64,000 nucleotides of DNA. Source: a virus. Every line of letters starts with the position of its first letter. Position 1 is the first letter of the stretch. Below the pieces are notes generated by a model. That model was not told where the DNA came from. It was given only the letters and a program-made list of their open reading frames with translations, and ran no database searches. Location of the stretch: IMG/VR virus record IMGVR_UViG_3300046777_001606, positions 1-64,000 of that record. One strand, 5' to 3'. Made by a program: the position numbers and the translations under genes. Positions 35,201 to 43,803 of the stretch are shown piece by piece.

Positions 35201-38200
35201 GATTCTTCGTTATCTTTCATTAAAGATAATTTACAGTATTCTGCATTTGATCTGAATTTTTACGAAGACAGTAATTTTAGAAATCCATATCTTAAGAGTC
35301 CATCATCTGCAACTTTTGATGTTATAAAATCTGGAAATATTGGTATTGACTCTACGGCAAAAGTAACTCTTAATATTAAGCAAGATACTCCACAAAATCT
35401 TTATTATCAGTTAGAAGTAGTCAATAAAAATATTAATACTCAGATTAAAAAGGACTTATTTATTGATAACGAACTTGTTAATAATAACAATACATTAATT
35501 TTAGTTGATAGTAAGTATAATGGAACTCATACTGTAAGTGGAGTAACGTCAACTGCATTCACATTTAATATCGCAGAAACTCCAGAAGTTGGAAGTTATT
35601 CTTATATACAATCTAATTTATCGTACATTACGTCATCAGAAACTGCCTTTGGATCTATTGAAAAGATAACTATTTTAGATAGTGGATTTGGTTATGAAAT
35701 CGTTCCTAAAGTTTCTGAAATTATTTCGGATTATGGATTCGGGGCTCTTTTATATCCAAAGAGCGAGACAATAGGAAATATTAAAACTTCTAAAATTGCA
35801 GATATTGGATTTGATTATTCTGCAGATCTAACAATTAGACCATCTAGTAAGTTTCCAGATCTAATTAAAATTTCTCCATTAACTTCGTTTGAATCAATCG
35901 GAGTTACTACATCTGGTAGAAGATATTCAACGGTTCCAGATTTAATTGTTTTAGATGGATATACTGGAGAACTTGTAGATGATGTTGAATTATCATATGA
36001 TATTCGTAATAAAAAAGTCGAAATTATTACAAATACAAAATCTCTTTATAATGTTGAGCCTAGAATTATACCTATTAATAATTCTAATGGTGTTGGTATC
36101 AGTTCCGTATTTTTTGATACATCTTCAAAAGATGTAATTGTAACCTTGGGTTCTAGTTTCAGCAATGCCGCAGATTTCCCATTTGATATAGGCAGTAAAG
36201 TATTTGTTGAGGGTATTAGTGTTGGTGTAAATTCAACCGGTAAAGGATATAATTCTGATGGATATCAATATCAACTTTTTACAGTTACAAATACTGATCC
36301 AAATATTGGAGGAGCGGATCCTACTGTAACATACAACCTTACCGAATTCTTAGGGGTCGGAGAATTACCCGGAAGATATGATAGGGTTAATTCTGTAGGT
36401 AGAATTATACCAGAATTCCAATTAGCTAAATTTAATTCTGTTCTTGTTGATCCAAAAGAAATTGTTTATTTTGTTGGTGAAGAAATTTCTTCCACAGACA
36501 ATACAGGAATTGTAAACTCTATTGATACTAGGACTGATTTAATTAAGGTAACTTCAGGTGGAAATTTCTATATTGGAGATTTGCTTGAAGGTAAAACATC
36601 TGGAACTTTGGGTTATATTATTGATATTAAAAAATTTGAATCGAATTATGATGTTTTCCCAACAAGTTTAGTTAGAAAAGGTTGGAAAAAAGAAACTGGA
36701 ACTTTAAATAACTCATTCCAAAGAATCCATGATAGTGATTATCATCAGTATTTTTCGTATTCAGTAAAATCTCCAATTCCATACGATACTTGGAATGACG
36801 CGGTTAGCGCATTAAATCATACATCAGGATTTAAAAAGTTTAGTGATTTGATTATTGAAACAAATAACTTTGTGGGAATTGATACCAATCAAGATAATGC
36901 AACATTTGTTAGAATTGACTTTATTTCCGAAATGGACTTGAATTGTGTGACGGATTTTGATCTAGCTACAGAAAATAGTCTTCTTGTTAAAAATAAATAT
37001 GTTTCCAATGAAATAAGACCAATATCAAGAATTTTACTTGATTATCAACAGTCAATTAATAACAGAGTTTTAACAATTGATGATATTGGACCACAATTTA
37101 ATTCTGCAGAAAGATTTAATAAGTACACTATAATTGATAGCTTTGATTTATTTACTAATAATACATATAGAGCTAGAAAATACCTTGCATTTATAAGAGA
37201 TAAGAGATTTGTAAACGATAGGGAAGTTTTATTAATTTCTACACTTCATAATTCATTTGAAGGATATGTAACACAATATGGAAGAACAGAAACATCTTAT
37301 GATTTAGGATTTTTTGATTTTCTTGTTTTTGGTACGGTTGGTAATCTTGCATTTTATCCAAGAAAGTTTGCAGTTAATGATTTTGATGTTAATTTACTAA
37401 CCTATGATCTAAGAGACTCATTTGCTGGAATAGCGAGTACAAGTGTTGGAACAATTGCTAATATTAACTCTTCAACTGTTCAAATTGCATCTGGGGTTTC
37501 CACTGCGACTACTATTGTTAGTATTGCATCATCCTATAGATCTGCAAAACTTATTGTAGAGATTTCGGGAATTAATCCAGGAATTTCAAGTACGACTCCA
37601 TATTATTTCAGCGAAATAAGTTTACTTCATGATGGAACAAATGTTTATCAAAGTGAATACGGTAATTTGAGTAATGAACCATTCACTGCATCAGTTGGAG
37701 TTGGAATTTGTACTTTTAATGCATATCTTAGCGGATCTGATATCAAACTAGATTTAATACCAAATGCCGGGTTATCTACAACTATTAACGTTAATACTCT
37801 AGCTGTTTCAATAGGAAATAGCGCATTTACTGGTGTTGGAACTTTTGTCGTAGCAACATCAGAGATTAGTTCAAAATACACTTCAATTGCATCATCAACA
37901 TCACCAATTCAAAATAGCGTAGCTTCTTATTCGTATGATGCATATAGTGGTGGATATTTCATCTTTAGTATTGAAGATACAACAAATAACTCTTATGAGA
38001 TGTGTGAAGTTGTTGTGTGTAATGATAATACAGAAGCATATATTAATGACTTTGGAAATGTCCAATCAAGTGTTGGTCTTGGAACTTTTGGAGTAGGATT
38101 TAGTACATCACTTATAAACGTTTACTTTACTCCAAATCCAAATATTAACGTTCAAGTAAGAGCATATCAAAACGCTTTAGGGAATTATGACGATCAATAC

Positions 38201-41200
38201 CCAACGGAAATTGGATTTACAAATTCATCAATTACTGCAGATTCTGGTGTTTATGTTGGAACAAAACGAGATATTCAAAGAACTTTTAATTTAACTTATA
38301 AAAATAATGATATTTTCCAAAGAGCATTTAGTGGAGAAAGTTCTACAGTTGTTGATCTTACAAAAGATCAAATAAGACTTCCAAATCATTATTTTGTTAC
38401 TGGAGAAGAAGTTACTTATGTTCCTAGAGGAAAAGGAACTGTTGCTCCAATTGGAATTGCAACCACATCAATTCCTGGAATCGGGACTACCGACAAGTTA
38501 CCTTCAACTCTTTACATTGTTAAAGTTGATGAGTTAAACGTTAAAGTTGCAACATCAGCTAGCAATGCACTTAAGACAACTCCAGAGGTTCTTGATTTAA
38601 CTTCAGTTGGAATCGGAACCTCTCATATATTCATATGCAAAAATCAAAATGCTAGGGTTTTAATATCAATTGATAATGTTATTCAATCGCCAATTGTAGC
38701 AGCTGCCATTACTGCTTCATTATCTCAAAGAATAACTCCCGTCGATAATGTTATACAGGTTGTTTCTGGAATTTCATCTTATGCATCTGGAGAATTATTA
38801 AAGATTGATGATGAAATTATGTTGATTGAATCTCTTGGATTTGGTGCAACAAACGCAATACTTGTCCAAAGACCTTGGTTAGGAACTGTTCTTGCTACAC
38901 ACGAAGCAAATTCAGTAATTACTAAAATAACTGGAGATTATAATATTACAAATAATGCTATTAACTTTGTTGATGCTCCATATGGTCTAACACCACTTTC
39001 ATCAACAACCAATATAGCTCCAGAAAGAGATTGGATTGGTATCTCCACAAGATCTTCTTTTAATGGAAGATCTTTCATGAGATCTGGATTTCCAAATGGA
39101 ACTAACACTCCATATGCATTAAATTATGTTTTTGATAACATTTCAGATCAATTTAATGGGTTCTCAACATCATTTATTCTGAAAAATAACAAACAAAATA
39201 TTGCTGGTATTCAAACTAGCAACGCAATAATTCTACTTAAAGACGTATTTCAAGGACCAAATAGGATTGGTGGAGGAACAGTTGATGTAGTTTCAAATTA
39301 TGCGTTAACAGAAAATTCTGGAATTACAACAATAATTTTTAACGCCAGCGCATCACCAACAACTTATGATATTAATAACTCTAACATTCCAGTAGGTGGT
39401 GTTATTATATCTTTGGGATCATCAAGTATTGGGTGGAATGATTATCAAGCTCCTATGGGAGCTGGTGGTACAGCAATTGTCTCTGCTGCAGGAACTATTT
39501 CTGCGGTTCGCATCAATAATGCTGGTGGTGGATACAGAACTGGAATTCAAACCTTTGTTAGGGTTGGCGTTAGAACAAATGCCGAAGCAGGAAAGATTAC
39601 TTATGTTGGATTTGCATCAATTTCGGGAGGAAGAGTTCTTGGTGTAGCAATTACTAATGGTGGTGTTGGATTTGCATCAACCAATCCACCACAAGTAGTT
39701 ATAGAAAAACCTGTTCCCTATTCTAATATTCCATTAATATATTCATCTTCCAATCCTGGTGGTGCAGCGGCTGGAGTTGGAACAGGCGCTAAGATTGATC
39801 TTTATATAAGTCAAGAGGGAGAAGCAAAAGATTGGACTCTCATCAATCTTGGATATGGTTATAAACCTGGGGAAATATTAACTGTAGGTTTAGATACCAG
39901 TGGAGTTTTTGGAATTCCTAAAGAATATCTTGGGCGTTTTGCAGATGGTGGAAATCTTCTTTCTAAGAATAGAGCTTTTGTTCAGGAAGAAGTTGTAGCA
40001 TATGTGGAATTTAACTTCCCAGGAATTTCAACAAGTCCGACTTATGATCGTGCAAAATGTAAGAGAGATGTTGGTTATATTGTTGATGCAATTACATTTG
40101 ACTTAGCTTTTGGTGGAAATTCAGAATCAATTAGCGCAGGATTAGCATATTGGAATGCGGGTGCATCTTATGTTGCAAATGAAAGAGCAGAAACTATTTT
40201 TGCATATGATTATGTTAAGTTCATTGGTCAATATATTATCAACAACCAATCTCCACCAACACTTTATCAATTCCCAATTGTAGAGAATCAGGTTTTTGAT
40301 TTTACATTAATTCAAGATTATGAAAATAATAATGCAAATTATTTTCATAGAAGAAAAGATGCAAGAAATCTTATTGTTGGAAATAGACAGGAAATTATAG
40401 ATAGATCTCTTGCTGCAGTCGCAGTTGGATATACCAATTTCTACTTCCCAGGAGAAGCACAGACTACTCCAAGATCAAGATATTATGATGCACACAGATT
40501 AATTCAACTTAATAAGCAAGAAGTTATTGATAGATCTCTTGCATCCGTAGCAATTGGATATTCTGATTTCTACTTCCCAGGAGATGCTCAAACAACAAAT
40601 AGATCAAGATACTATGATGCATATAGATTAATTCAAAATAATAGATCTGAAATTGTTGGTAGCGCATGGACAGCAGTTTCTACTGCATATCCTGGAGTTA
40701 CAACAACGGCATCAAAATGCCAACGAGATCTTGGATATTTTGTTGATGCAGTTTCTACTGACGTATTTACTGGTGGTAACAATTATGCTAGAGAATTTAC
40801 ATTGCAATATTTTAGCAATGGAAGTTTGATTCCAAATGGAGTTCTTGGCGTTCAAACCGAATCCATTTTTGCTTTCCATTCTGCTCGTGATTTCATGAGA
40901 TTGGCTGTAAGAAATCAATTAACTTACACGGATCTCGGTATTAGTTCTGGTCCTCCAACATATGGAATTGGATCAACCGTTGGAATTGCTAGCACTGCAG
41001 CTTGTTATGATGTACAGTTGAACATTATCAGTTTGACTGGTATTGTTACAACTGTTCTCGGAGCTGCCTCGACAGCAAGCTTACCTGCTAGAAATCTTGG
41101 TAATTTCAATGTTACAGTTGGAGTTGGTAGTACAGTTGGATTTGGATCAACTTCATCTCCTGGCGGTCTTAAGTGTGCCCGAGATCTTGGATATTTTGTT

Positions 41201-43783
41201 GATGCAGTTTCTACTGACGTATTTACTGGAGGTAATAATTATTCTAGAAGCTTTACACTCAAATACTTTAGCAATGGAGCTCCACTTTCGCAAGGATTGA
41301 TTGGAGAAGAAGGTCCATCAATATTTGCCTTTAGATATGCTGGCGGATACATGAAGGATGCACTGACAAATCAACTTTATGTTAAGAATCTTGGAATTAG
41401 CTCTGGTCCAGCACTATACAATGGTGCTGGCGGAAATATTGGAGTTGGTAGCACTGCATCATGTAGAGATGTACAGAGCAATGTCGATAATCTTGTAGGA
41501 CTTGTTACTTCTATTATTGGCGCTGGTTCTAGTGTAGGAATTGCATCTACAAACTTTGGATATTTTAGAGTCAATTCACAAACAAACGTCACTAATGCAA
41601 CTATTGTTGGATTTGGAACTACAGTCGGAATTGGTTCCACCAATGTTGTTGGTGGACGTAAGTGTGCCCGCGATTTGGGTTATATTGTTGATGCAGTTGC
41701 ACAGGATGTTTCTTATGGATCTAATCAGCACATAGTTTATGCAACTAAGAAATATTTTAATGGCGCTGGTGTAGCAATTACTAATGGTCTTGTTGGAGAA
41801 ACACAACAATCTATCACGGCTTTCCATGCATTGCGAGATTATGCAAAACTTGCAATAACCAATCAACTTTATAACCAAGATTATAGTATAATCGCGGATC
41901 CAGTTAGCGGTATTAATAGTTCTCTATTATCTTGTGCGAATATAAGATCTAATATTGATACTCTTGTTGGTATTTTAACCGTCGCTATTGGAAGCAGTAG
42001 TTTGTCTGCAGTTCCAGCAGAAACTCTTGGTACTACTGATTGTGCTGACGTAAGATCTGCTCTTGCATCATATGTCGGAATTATTACCACAATTATTGGT
42101 ATCGGTACTTCTGCATGTCCAAGGGTCAGCAATCCATTGTCTAATCCAGTTTCCTTACCAACAACTTTAGGTGCAGCATCATCCACTAGCCCATTCCCAG
42201 AACTTCAAATCGAAGTTACTAAAACACAAAATACAAAATTTGCTGGATGGTCAATTGGAGATCTTGAAGTTTTTGATCCTCTAGATGATCTATTTGATGG
42301 AATAACTAAAAAATTCCCATTATTCTTAGGTGGTACTAGACAAGATATCAGAACCAAAAAAGGATCTACATTGGATATTCAGTCTAACTTACTAATATTC
42401 ATTAATGATATTCTCCAAGTTCCAGGACAAGCATATACATTTACTGGAGGAAGTGTAATCACCTTCTCAGAGGCACCAAGAAGTGGAGATACTTGTAAAA
42501 TCTTGTTCTATAAAGGAACAGGAACCATTGATGTTAGACTTGTAGATATTCTGGAAACAGTTAAAAAGGGTGATGATGTTCAGTTAGTCTCAGATCAATT
42601 CTATGAAACTGAGGATGAGAGAATTGTAAGTTTTATCAATTCTTCAGATAGCATCCAAACTGTAAACTATCGTGGTCTTGGAATATCCAATGATGATACT
42701 TTCAGAAGATCTTTAACTTGGTGCAGACAAACTGAAGATAGAGTGGTTGATGGTGAAGATGTTACAAAGGATAGAATTCTATACGAACCACTAATTAATC
42801 CATCAACAAATATTATAAGAAACGTTGGTATCGGATCTACAGTCATTTTTGTAGATAGCGTTCAACCATTCTTCAATGCAAATAATGAAAATACAACGGC
42901 AGAATATAGATCGAAACTCATTATGGTTTCACAAGATGTTAATCGTAAAGCAATTGCAGAAGCAGTAGTAAGTGTTGGTGGGACTGTAGAGTCTATTACT
43001 ATGATTGAGGGTGGAGCTGGATATATAACACCACCAGAAGTAAGTATTGCAACTCCTATTGGATTCGGAACCACTGCTAGAGCATATGCTACTGCAGTAC
43101 TATCTGGAGATACTGTAGGATCAATTATCGTTTCTAATGGAGGATTTGGATATATTGCAACATTTACTCCACCAGTAGTACATATTGCACCACCAGAAAT
43201 AATAAAAGAAACAATTTCTAATGTAACTTATCTTGGTGATTTTGGTATTATTGTGGGAATCGCAACAACTTCTGTTGGAGTAGCATCAACTGGTATAATA
43301 TTCGATTTTCTAATACCAAATGGTTCTGCAATTAGAGAGATTCTTTATACTGGAGTTGGAGCAACTGATATTAGTGGGATCCAAACTGGATATTATTTCA
43401 CTGTTAAGAATTCTAATATTGGATCTCCTGGATCGGGGTTAATATCATATGATAGAAGTAATAACTTTATTTCTGTTGGATCATCATACTTAGACAATAT
43501 CTATGAAGCATGTAACGTGGTTTTAGCAACAAAAACAATTGTTGGTCTAGGAACAACTACAATTGCTAGAGTGACTGTTAGTGTTAATGACAATTCTGGT
43601 TTATCTGGTCTTTCGTCTGGTTTTTATGGGGATTTTAGTTGGGGTAGAATCTCTGCAACTGAAAGACCAGTTCCACAATCCTTTAATGCATATACATCAT
43701 ATGGAATTGGTGGTATTTCTACCTCTGCTGTTATTAGAAGAGTTAATCCTCTTAGATATATTGGTTATACAACCACAGTATAA
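29282..43783 (+). CDS. gp7: giant baseplate wedge initiator gp7-like protein (4833 aa) with YHYH-like and phycobiliprotein-like inserts
   Basis: Between gp6 and gp8; KDFYSSKGT..SFKILF and DSDYHQYFSYSVKS...LNHTSGFKKF gp7-type motifs. Confidence 0.8.
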   Translation: MRDTRVKISSIVENQLPAYVREEFPLVNDLLSQYYISLESQTLPADILQNIDQYVKLDNISSLVESTNLIDTVELYDDTITVNSNAGFPEEYGLIKIDNEIITYTGKEQNSLTDTCTISIGSSIAYLSGISTLYTGRPFVLNSLSASPTITSVGSTFVILSSIVVDSENTSGYTTTNNYTFKIDRPQFTGCVRGFSGITSYISNSAISDLVFTSTNADSHVNGSQVDNLSILLFKQFLKKVKAQASPGFENRDFDADLNENIFIKQSKDFYSSKGTDPSFKILFNVLYGEDAKIIKPRDYVIEPSNAQYRITRDIVVEPIEGSIDNIVNRTIFQDSSTISEQARASVNGVEKFLRNGKEYYIVSLDKDSIFGSFVINPKTKVVTNVSIGATHIDVDTTAGFPETGGSLLIELTDGTTFYITYESKTLTQFFGCSGIDRVIPDTSNIIFENFAYSYSDIERQNKIQFRITGVLSDLIVPQETDSFVKDDVVFAKTLGTEIEGLKANNWFFNLSTTYNVQSVSLVGLSPFIYNLTLYDNHIFRLGDAIEVYGSDGTEISGEVSSLISERAISVLVQGQLSTSSTIRYRIKRSLSRVNAVGYPELTAYTANVQNVYSDLKGNYFVASPSLPSYGSQTITIRDLVKTWSSDFYGTSVEIGQHGFYTGDAVYYTPGIGADTEAGIYFIQKNSPTSISLAKSRQNLFSGKLVTLFGVASAENKIELLEFAGQKLEPQKLIRKFSDPEYVTGDDYKTAAGMIGMLVNGVEILNYKSRDVIYFGPLEKIYPLSPGRGYDVINPPNLRINDVTGYGATAFPAVTGSLERIDILDSGFDYTDIPKISITGGNGNSAIAECNMISFEHDVPFYPTSGAAPLQVDLSNNTVAFTTYHKFRSGEEIIYLTGGDVAVGGLSTNASYYVSLVNAYAVKFHKSFEDANAGINTISLTSYGTGSHRVKSKFKKKKIGSISVKDSGFGYENKKIIVNSSGISTFKNTLYAENHGYSTGELVRYFSTDSTVIGGLSTSTSYYVTVVDDNNFKLSQVGSGQTTIDFYQKTNQFIDLTDTGTGNHIFNYPPIEVSIKGTIGVTTFSGQNFEAVINPVFRGEIKSVFVQNKGISYGSQSIINDNRQPEFILDSGSGAEVLPVILNGAIINVIIRSPGSNYNSPPNLVVTGKGTGAILSPILIDGKLKGVYVVYGGYGYENGSTFINVTPSGTGCELEAQIKTWTINKVQRNITTNQISDDDGFIDNGTNTDYGLQYSHAYAPRTLRRRILSSKIQNGQYVFSPDLQLSSGIEIASSSHSPIIGYAYDGNPIYGPYGYDTPEGGTIRSMISSYEQSLSIERPDTNLYPAGFFIEDFVYTGSGDLDEHNGRYCVTPEYPNGVYAYFATIFNGSPDGSGIFVRYKRPVFPYFIGDSYKSKPIDFNFDYRSNQDLTDINATGWVRNTTPYGLLKSKTSYEYVINPTKIKQQKTYIQGTSRGSVDSIGILTAGNLYQVNDKIVFDPTVQSNIKASAKVSKVKGSFVTTVSLASSVTNAEFILYNSGTNLIGFTSSPHGFSNNDIVNVVINDKEQKTGNIKTSTNNLYLTAGVPIPSVTGAVTYFKVTGNLNYPNIKENDIYIINNKEQVKVLEIDAKSSRIKVLRNITSAGGITSYSSSQRLIEKTRRLQIDLGISTTYQYNLNKEIYFNPREALGIGTTSGVGITTTLQFSDPGVGIASITIPTRAIYLPNHGLETNTELIYSANSGTPISISTNGSVSYQIPDNSIVYCAKFSNDLIGISTTKLGIGSTGSFVGLGSEVSYLMYFIATGVGNTHSFKTNYPNVLKGKITRNVVTVSTASSHGLSIDDKIDLTCIAGITTNVKIVYNDFNRRLLVNPRNFVASDIDVQNDIITIPNHQYTMGQKIIHTSTSPASGLSNNKIYYAIVVDKDRIKLADTYYDSTNKIPATVGIASTSFGTIAAVNPPIKIARNQNIVFDVSDSSLSFIKDNLQYSAFDLNFYEDSNFRNPYLKSPSSATFDVIKSGNIGIDSTAKVTLNIKQDTPQNLYYQLEVVNKNINTQIKKDLFIDNELVNNNNTLILVDSKYNGTHTVSGVTSTAFTFNIAETPEVGSYSYIQSNLSYITSSETAFGSIEKITILDSGFGYEIVPKVSEIISDYGFGALLYPKSETIGNIKTSKIADIGFDYSADLTIRPSSKFPDLIKISPLTSFESIGVTTSGRRYSTVPDLIVLDGYTGELVDDVELSYDIRNKKVEIITNTKSLYNVEPRIIPINNSNGVGISSVFFDTSSKDVIVTLGSSFSNAADFPFDIGSKVFVEGISVGVNSTGKGYNSDGYQYQLFTVTNTDPNIGGADPTVTYNLTEFLGVGELPGRYDRVNSVGRIIPEFQLAKFNSVLVDPKEIVYFVGEEISSTDNTGIVNSIDTRTDLIKVTSGGNFYIGDLLEGKTSGTLGYIIDIKKFESNYDVFPTSLVRKGWKKETGTLNNSFQRIHDSDYHQYFSYSVKSPIPYDTWNDAVSALNHTSGFKKFSDLIIETNNFVGIDTNQDNATFVRIDFISEMDLNCVTDFDLATENSLLVKNKYVSNEIRPISRILLDYQQSINNRVLTIDDIGPQFNSAERFNKYTIIDSFDLFTNNTYRARKYLAFIRDKRFVNDREVLLISTLHNSFEGYVTQYGRTETSYDLGFFDFLVFGTVGNLAFYPRKFAVNDFDVNLLTYDLRDSFAGIASTSVGTIANINSSTVQIASGVSTATTIVSIASSYRSAKLIVEISGINPGISSTTPYYFSEISLLHDGTNVYQSEYGNLSNEPFTASVGVGICTFNAYLSGSDIKLDLIPNAGLSTTINVNTLAVSIGNSAFTGVGTFVVATSEISSKYTSIASSTSPIQNSVASYSYDAYSGGYFIFSIEDTTNNSYEMCEVVVCNDNTEAYINDFGNVQSSVGLGTFGVGFSTSLINVYFTPNPNINVQVRAYQNALGNYDDQYPTEIGFTNSSITADSGVYVGTKRDIQRTFNLTYKNNDIFQRAFSGESSTVVDLTKDQIRLPNHYFVTGEEVTYVPRGKGTVAPIGIATTSIPGIGTTDKLPSTLYIVKVDELNVKVATSASNALKTTPEVLDLTSVGIGTSHIFICKNQNARVLISIDNVIQSPIVAAAITASLSQRITPVDNVIQVVSGISSYASGELLKIDDEIMLIESLGFGATNAILVQRPWLGTVLATHEANSVITKITGDYNITNNAINFVDAPYGLTPLSSTTNIAPERDWIGISTRSSFNGRSFMRSGFPNGTNTPYALNYVFDNISDQFNGFSTSFILKNNKQNIAGIQTSNAIILLKDVFQGPNRIGGGTVDVVSNYALTENSGITTIIFNASASPTTYDINNSNIPVGGVIISLGSSSIGWNDYQAPMGAGGTAIVSAAGTISAVRINNAGGGYRTGIQTFVRVGVRTNAEAGKITYVGFASISGGRVLGVAITNGGVGFASTNPPQVVIEKPVPYSNIPLIYSSSNPGGAAAGVGTGAKIDLYISQEGEAKDWTLINLGYGYKPGEILTVGLDTSGVFGIPKEYLGRFADGGNLLSKNRAFVQEEVVAYVEFNFPGISTSPTYDRAKCKRDVGYIVDAITFDLAFGGNSESISAGLAYWNAGASYVANERAETIFAYDYVKFIGQYIINNQSPPTLYQFPIVENQVFDFTLIQDYENNNANYFHRRKDARNLIVGNRQEIIDRSLAAVAVGYTNFYFPGEAQTTPRSRYYDAHRLIQLNKQEVIDRSLASVAIGYSDFYFPGDAQTTNRSRYYDAYRLIQNNRSEIVGSAWTAVSTAYPGVTTTASKCQRDLGYFVDAVSTDVFTGGNNYAREFTLQYFSNGSLIPNGVLGVQTESIFAFHSARDFMRLAVRNQLTYTDLGISSGPPTYGIGSTVGIASTAACYDVQLNIISLTGIVTTVLGAASTASLPARNLGNFNVTVGVGSTVGFGSTSSPGGLKCARDLGYFVDAVSTDVFTGGNNYSRSFTLKYFSNGAPLSQGLIGEEGPSIFAFRYAGGYMKDALTNQLYVKNLGISSGPALYNGAGGNIGVGSTASCRDVQSNVDNLVGLVTSIIGAGSSVGIASTNFGYFRVNSQTNVTNATIVGFGTTVGIGSTNVVGGRKCARDLGYIVDAVAQDVSYGSNQHIVYATKKYFNGAGVAITNGLVGETQQSITAFHALRDYAKLAITNQLYNQDYSIIADPVSGINSSLLSCANIRSNIDTLVGILTVAIGSSSLSAVPAETLGTTDCADVRSALASYVGIITTIIGIGTSACPRVSNPLSNPVSLPTTLGAASSTSPFPELQIEVTKTQNTKFAGWSIGDLEVFDPLDDLFDGITKKFPLFLGGTRQDIRTKKGSTLDIQSNLLIFINDILQVPGQAYTFTGGSVITFSEAPRSGDTCKILFYKGTGTIDVRLVDILETVKKGDDVQLVSDQFYETEDERIVSFINSSDSIQTVNYRGLGISNDDTFRRSLTWCRQTEDRVVDGEDVTKDRILYEPLINPSTNIIRNVGIGSTVIFVDSVQPFFNANNENTTAEYRSKLIMVSQDVNRKAIAEAVVSVGGTVESITMIEGGAGYITPPEVSIATPIGFGTTARAYATAVLSGDTVGSIIVSNGGFGYIATFTPPVVHIAPPEIIKETISNVTYLGDFGIIVGIATTSVGVASTGIIFDFLIPNGSAIREILYTGVGATDISGIQTGYYFTVKNSNIGSPGSGLISYDRSNNFISVGSSYLDNIYEACNVVLATKTIVGLGTTTIARVTVSVNDNSGLSGLSSGFYGDFSWGRISATERPVPQSFNAYTSYGIGGISTSAVIRRVNPLRYIGYTTTV
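40349..40735 (+). repeat. three tandem 129-bp (43-aa) repeats within gp7
   Basis: R..DA..LI..N..E units start at 40349, 40478, 40607. Confidence 0.85.
40724..41229 (+). repeat. identical 50-bp direct repeat pair (40724-40773 and 41180-41229)
   Basis: cgagatcttggatattttgttgatgcagtttctactgacgtatttactgg occurs twice. Confidence 0.9.
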
Positions 43784-43786
43784 ATA
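43779..43786 (+). promoter_or_regulatory. T4-type late promoter
   Basis: TATAAATA upstream of gp8. Confidence 0.8.
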
Positions 43787-43803
43787 AATAAAAAACTGCA
43801 AAA

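Noticed and set aside
40724-41229. Diversity-generating retroelement template/variable repeat pair
   Set aside because: The copies are identical, in-frame and internal, with no adenine-specific mismatches and no reverse transcriptase in the window.
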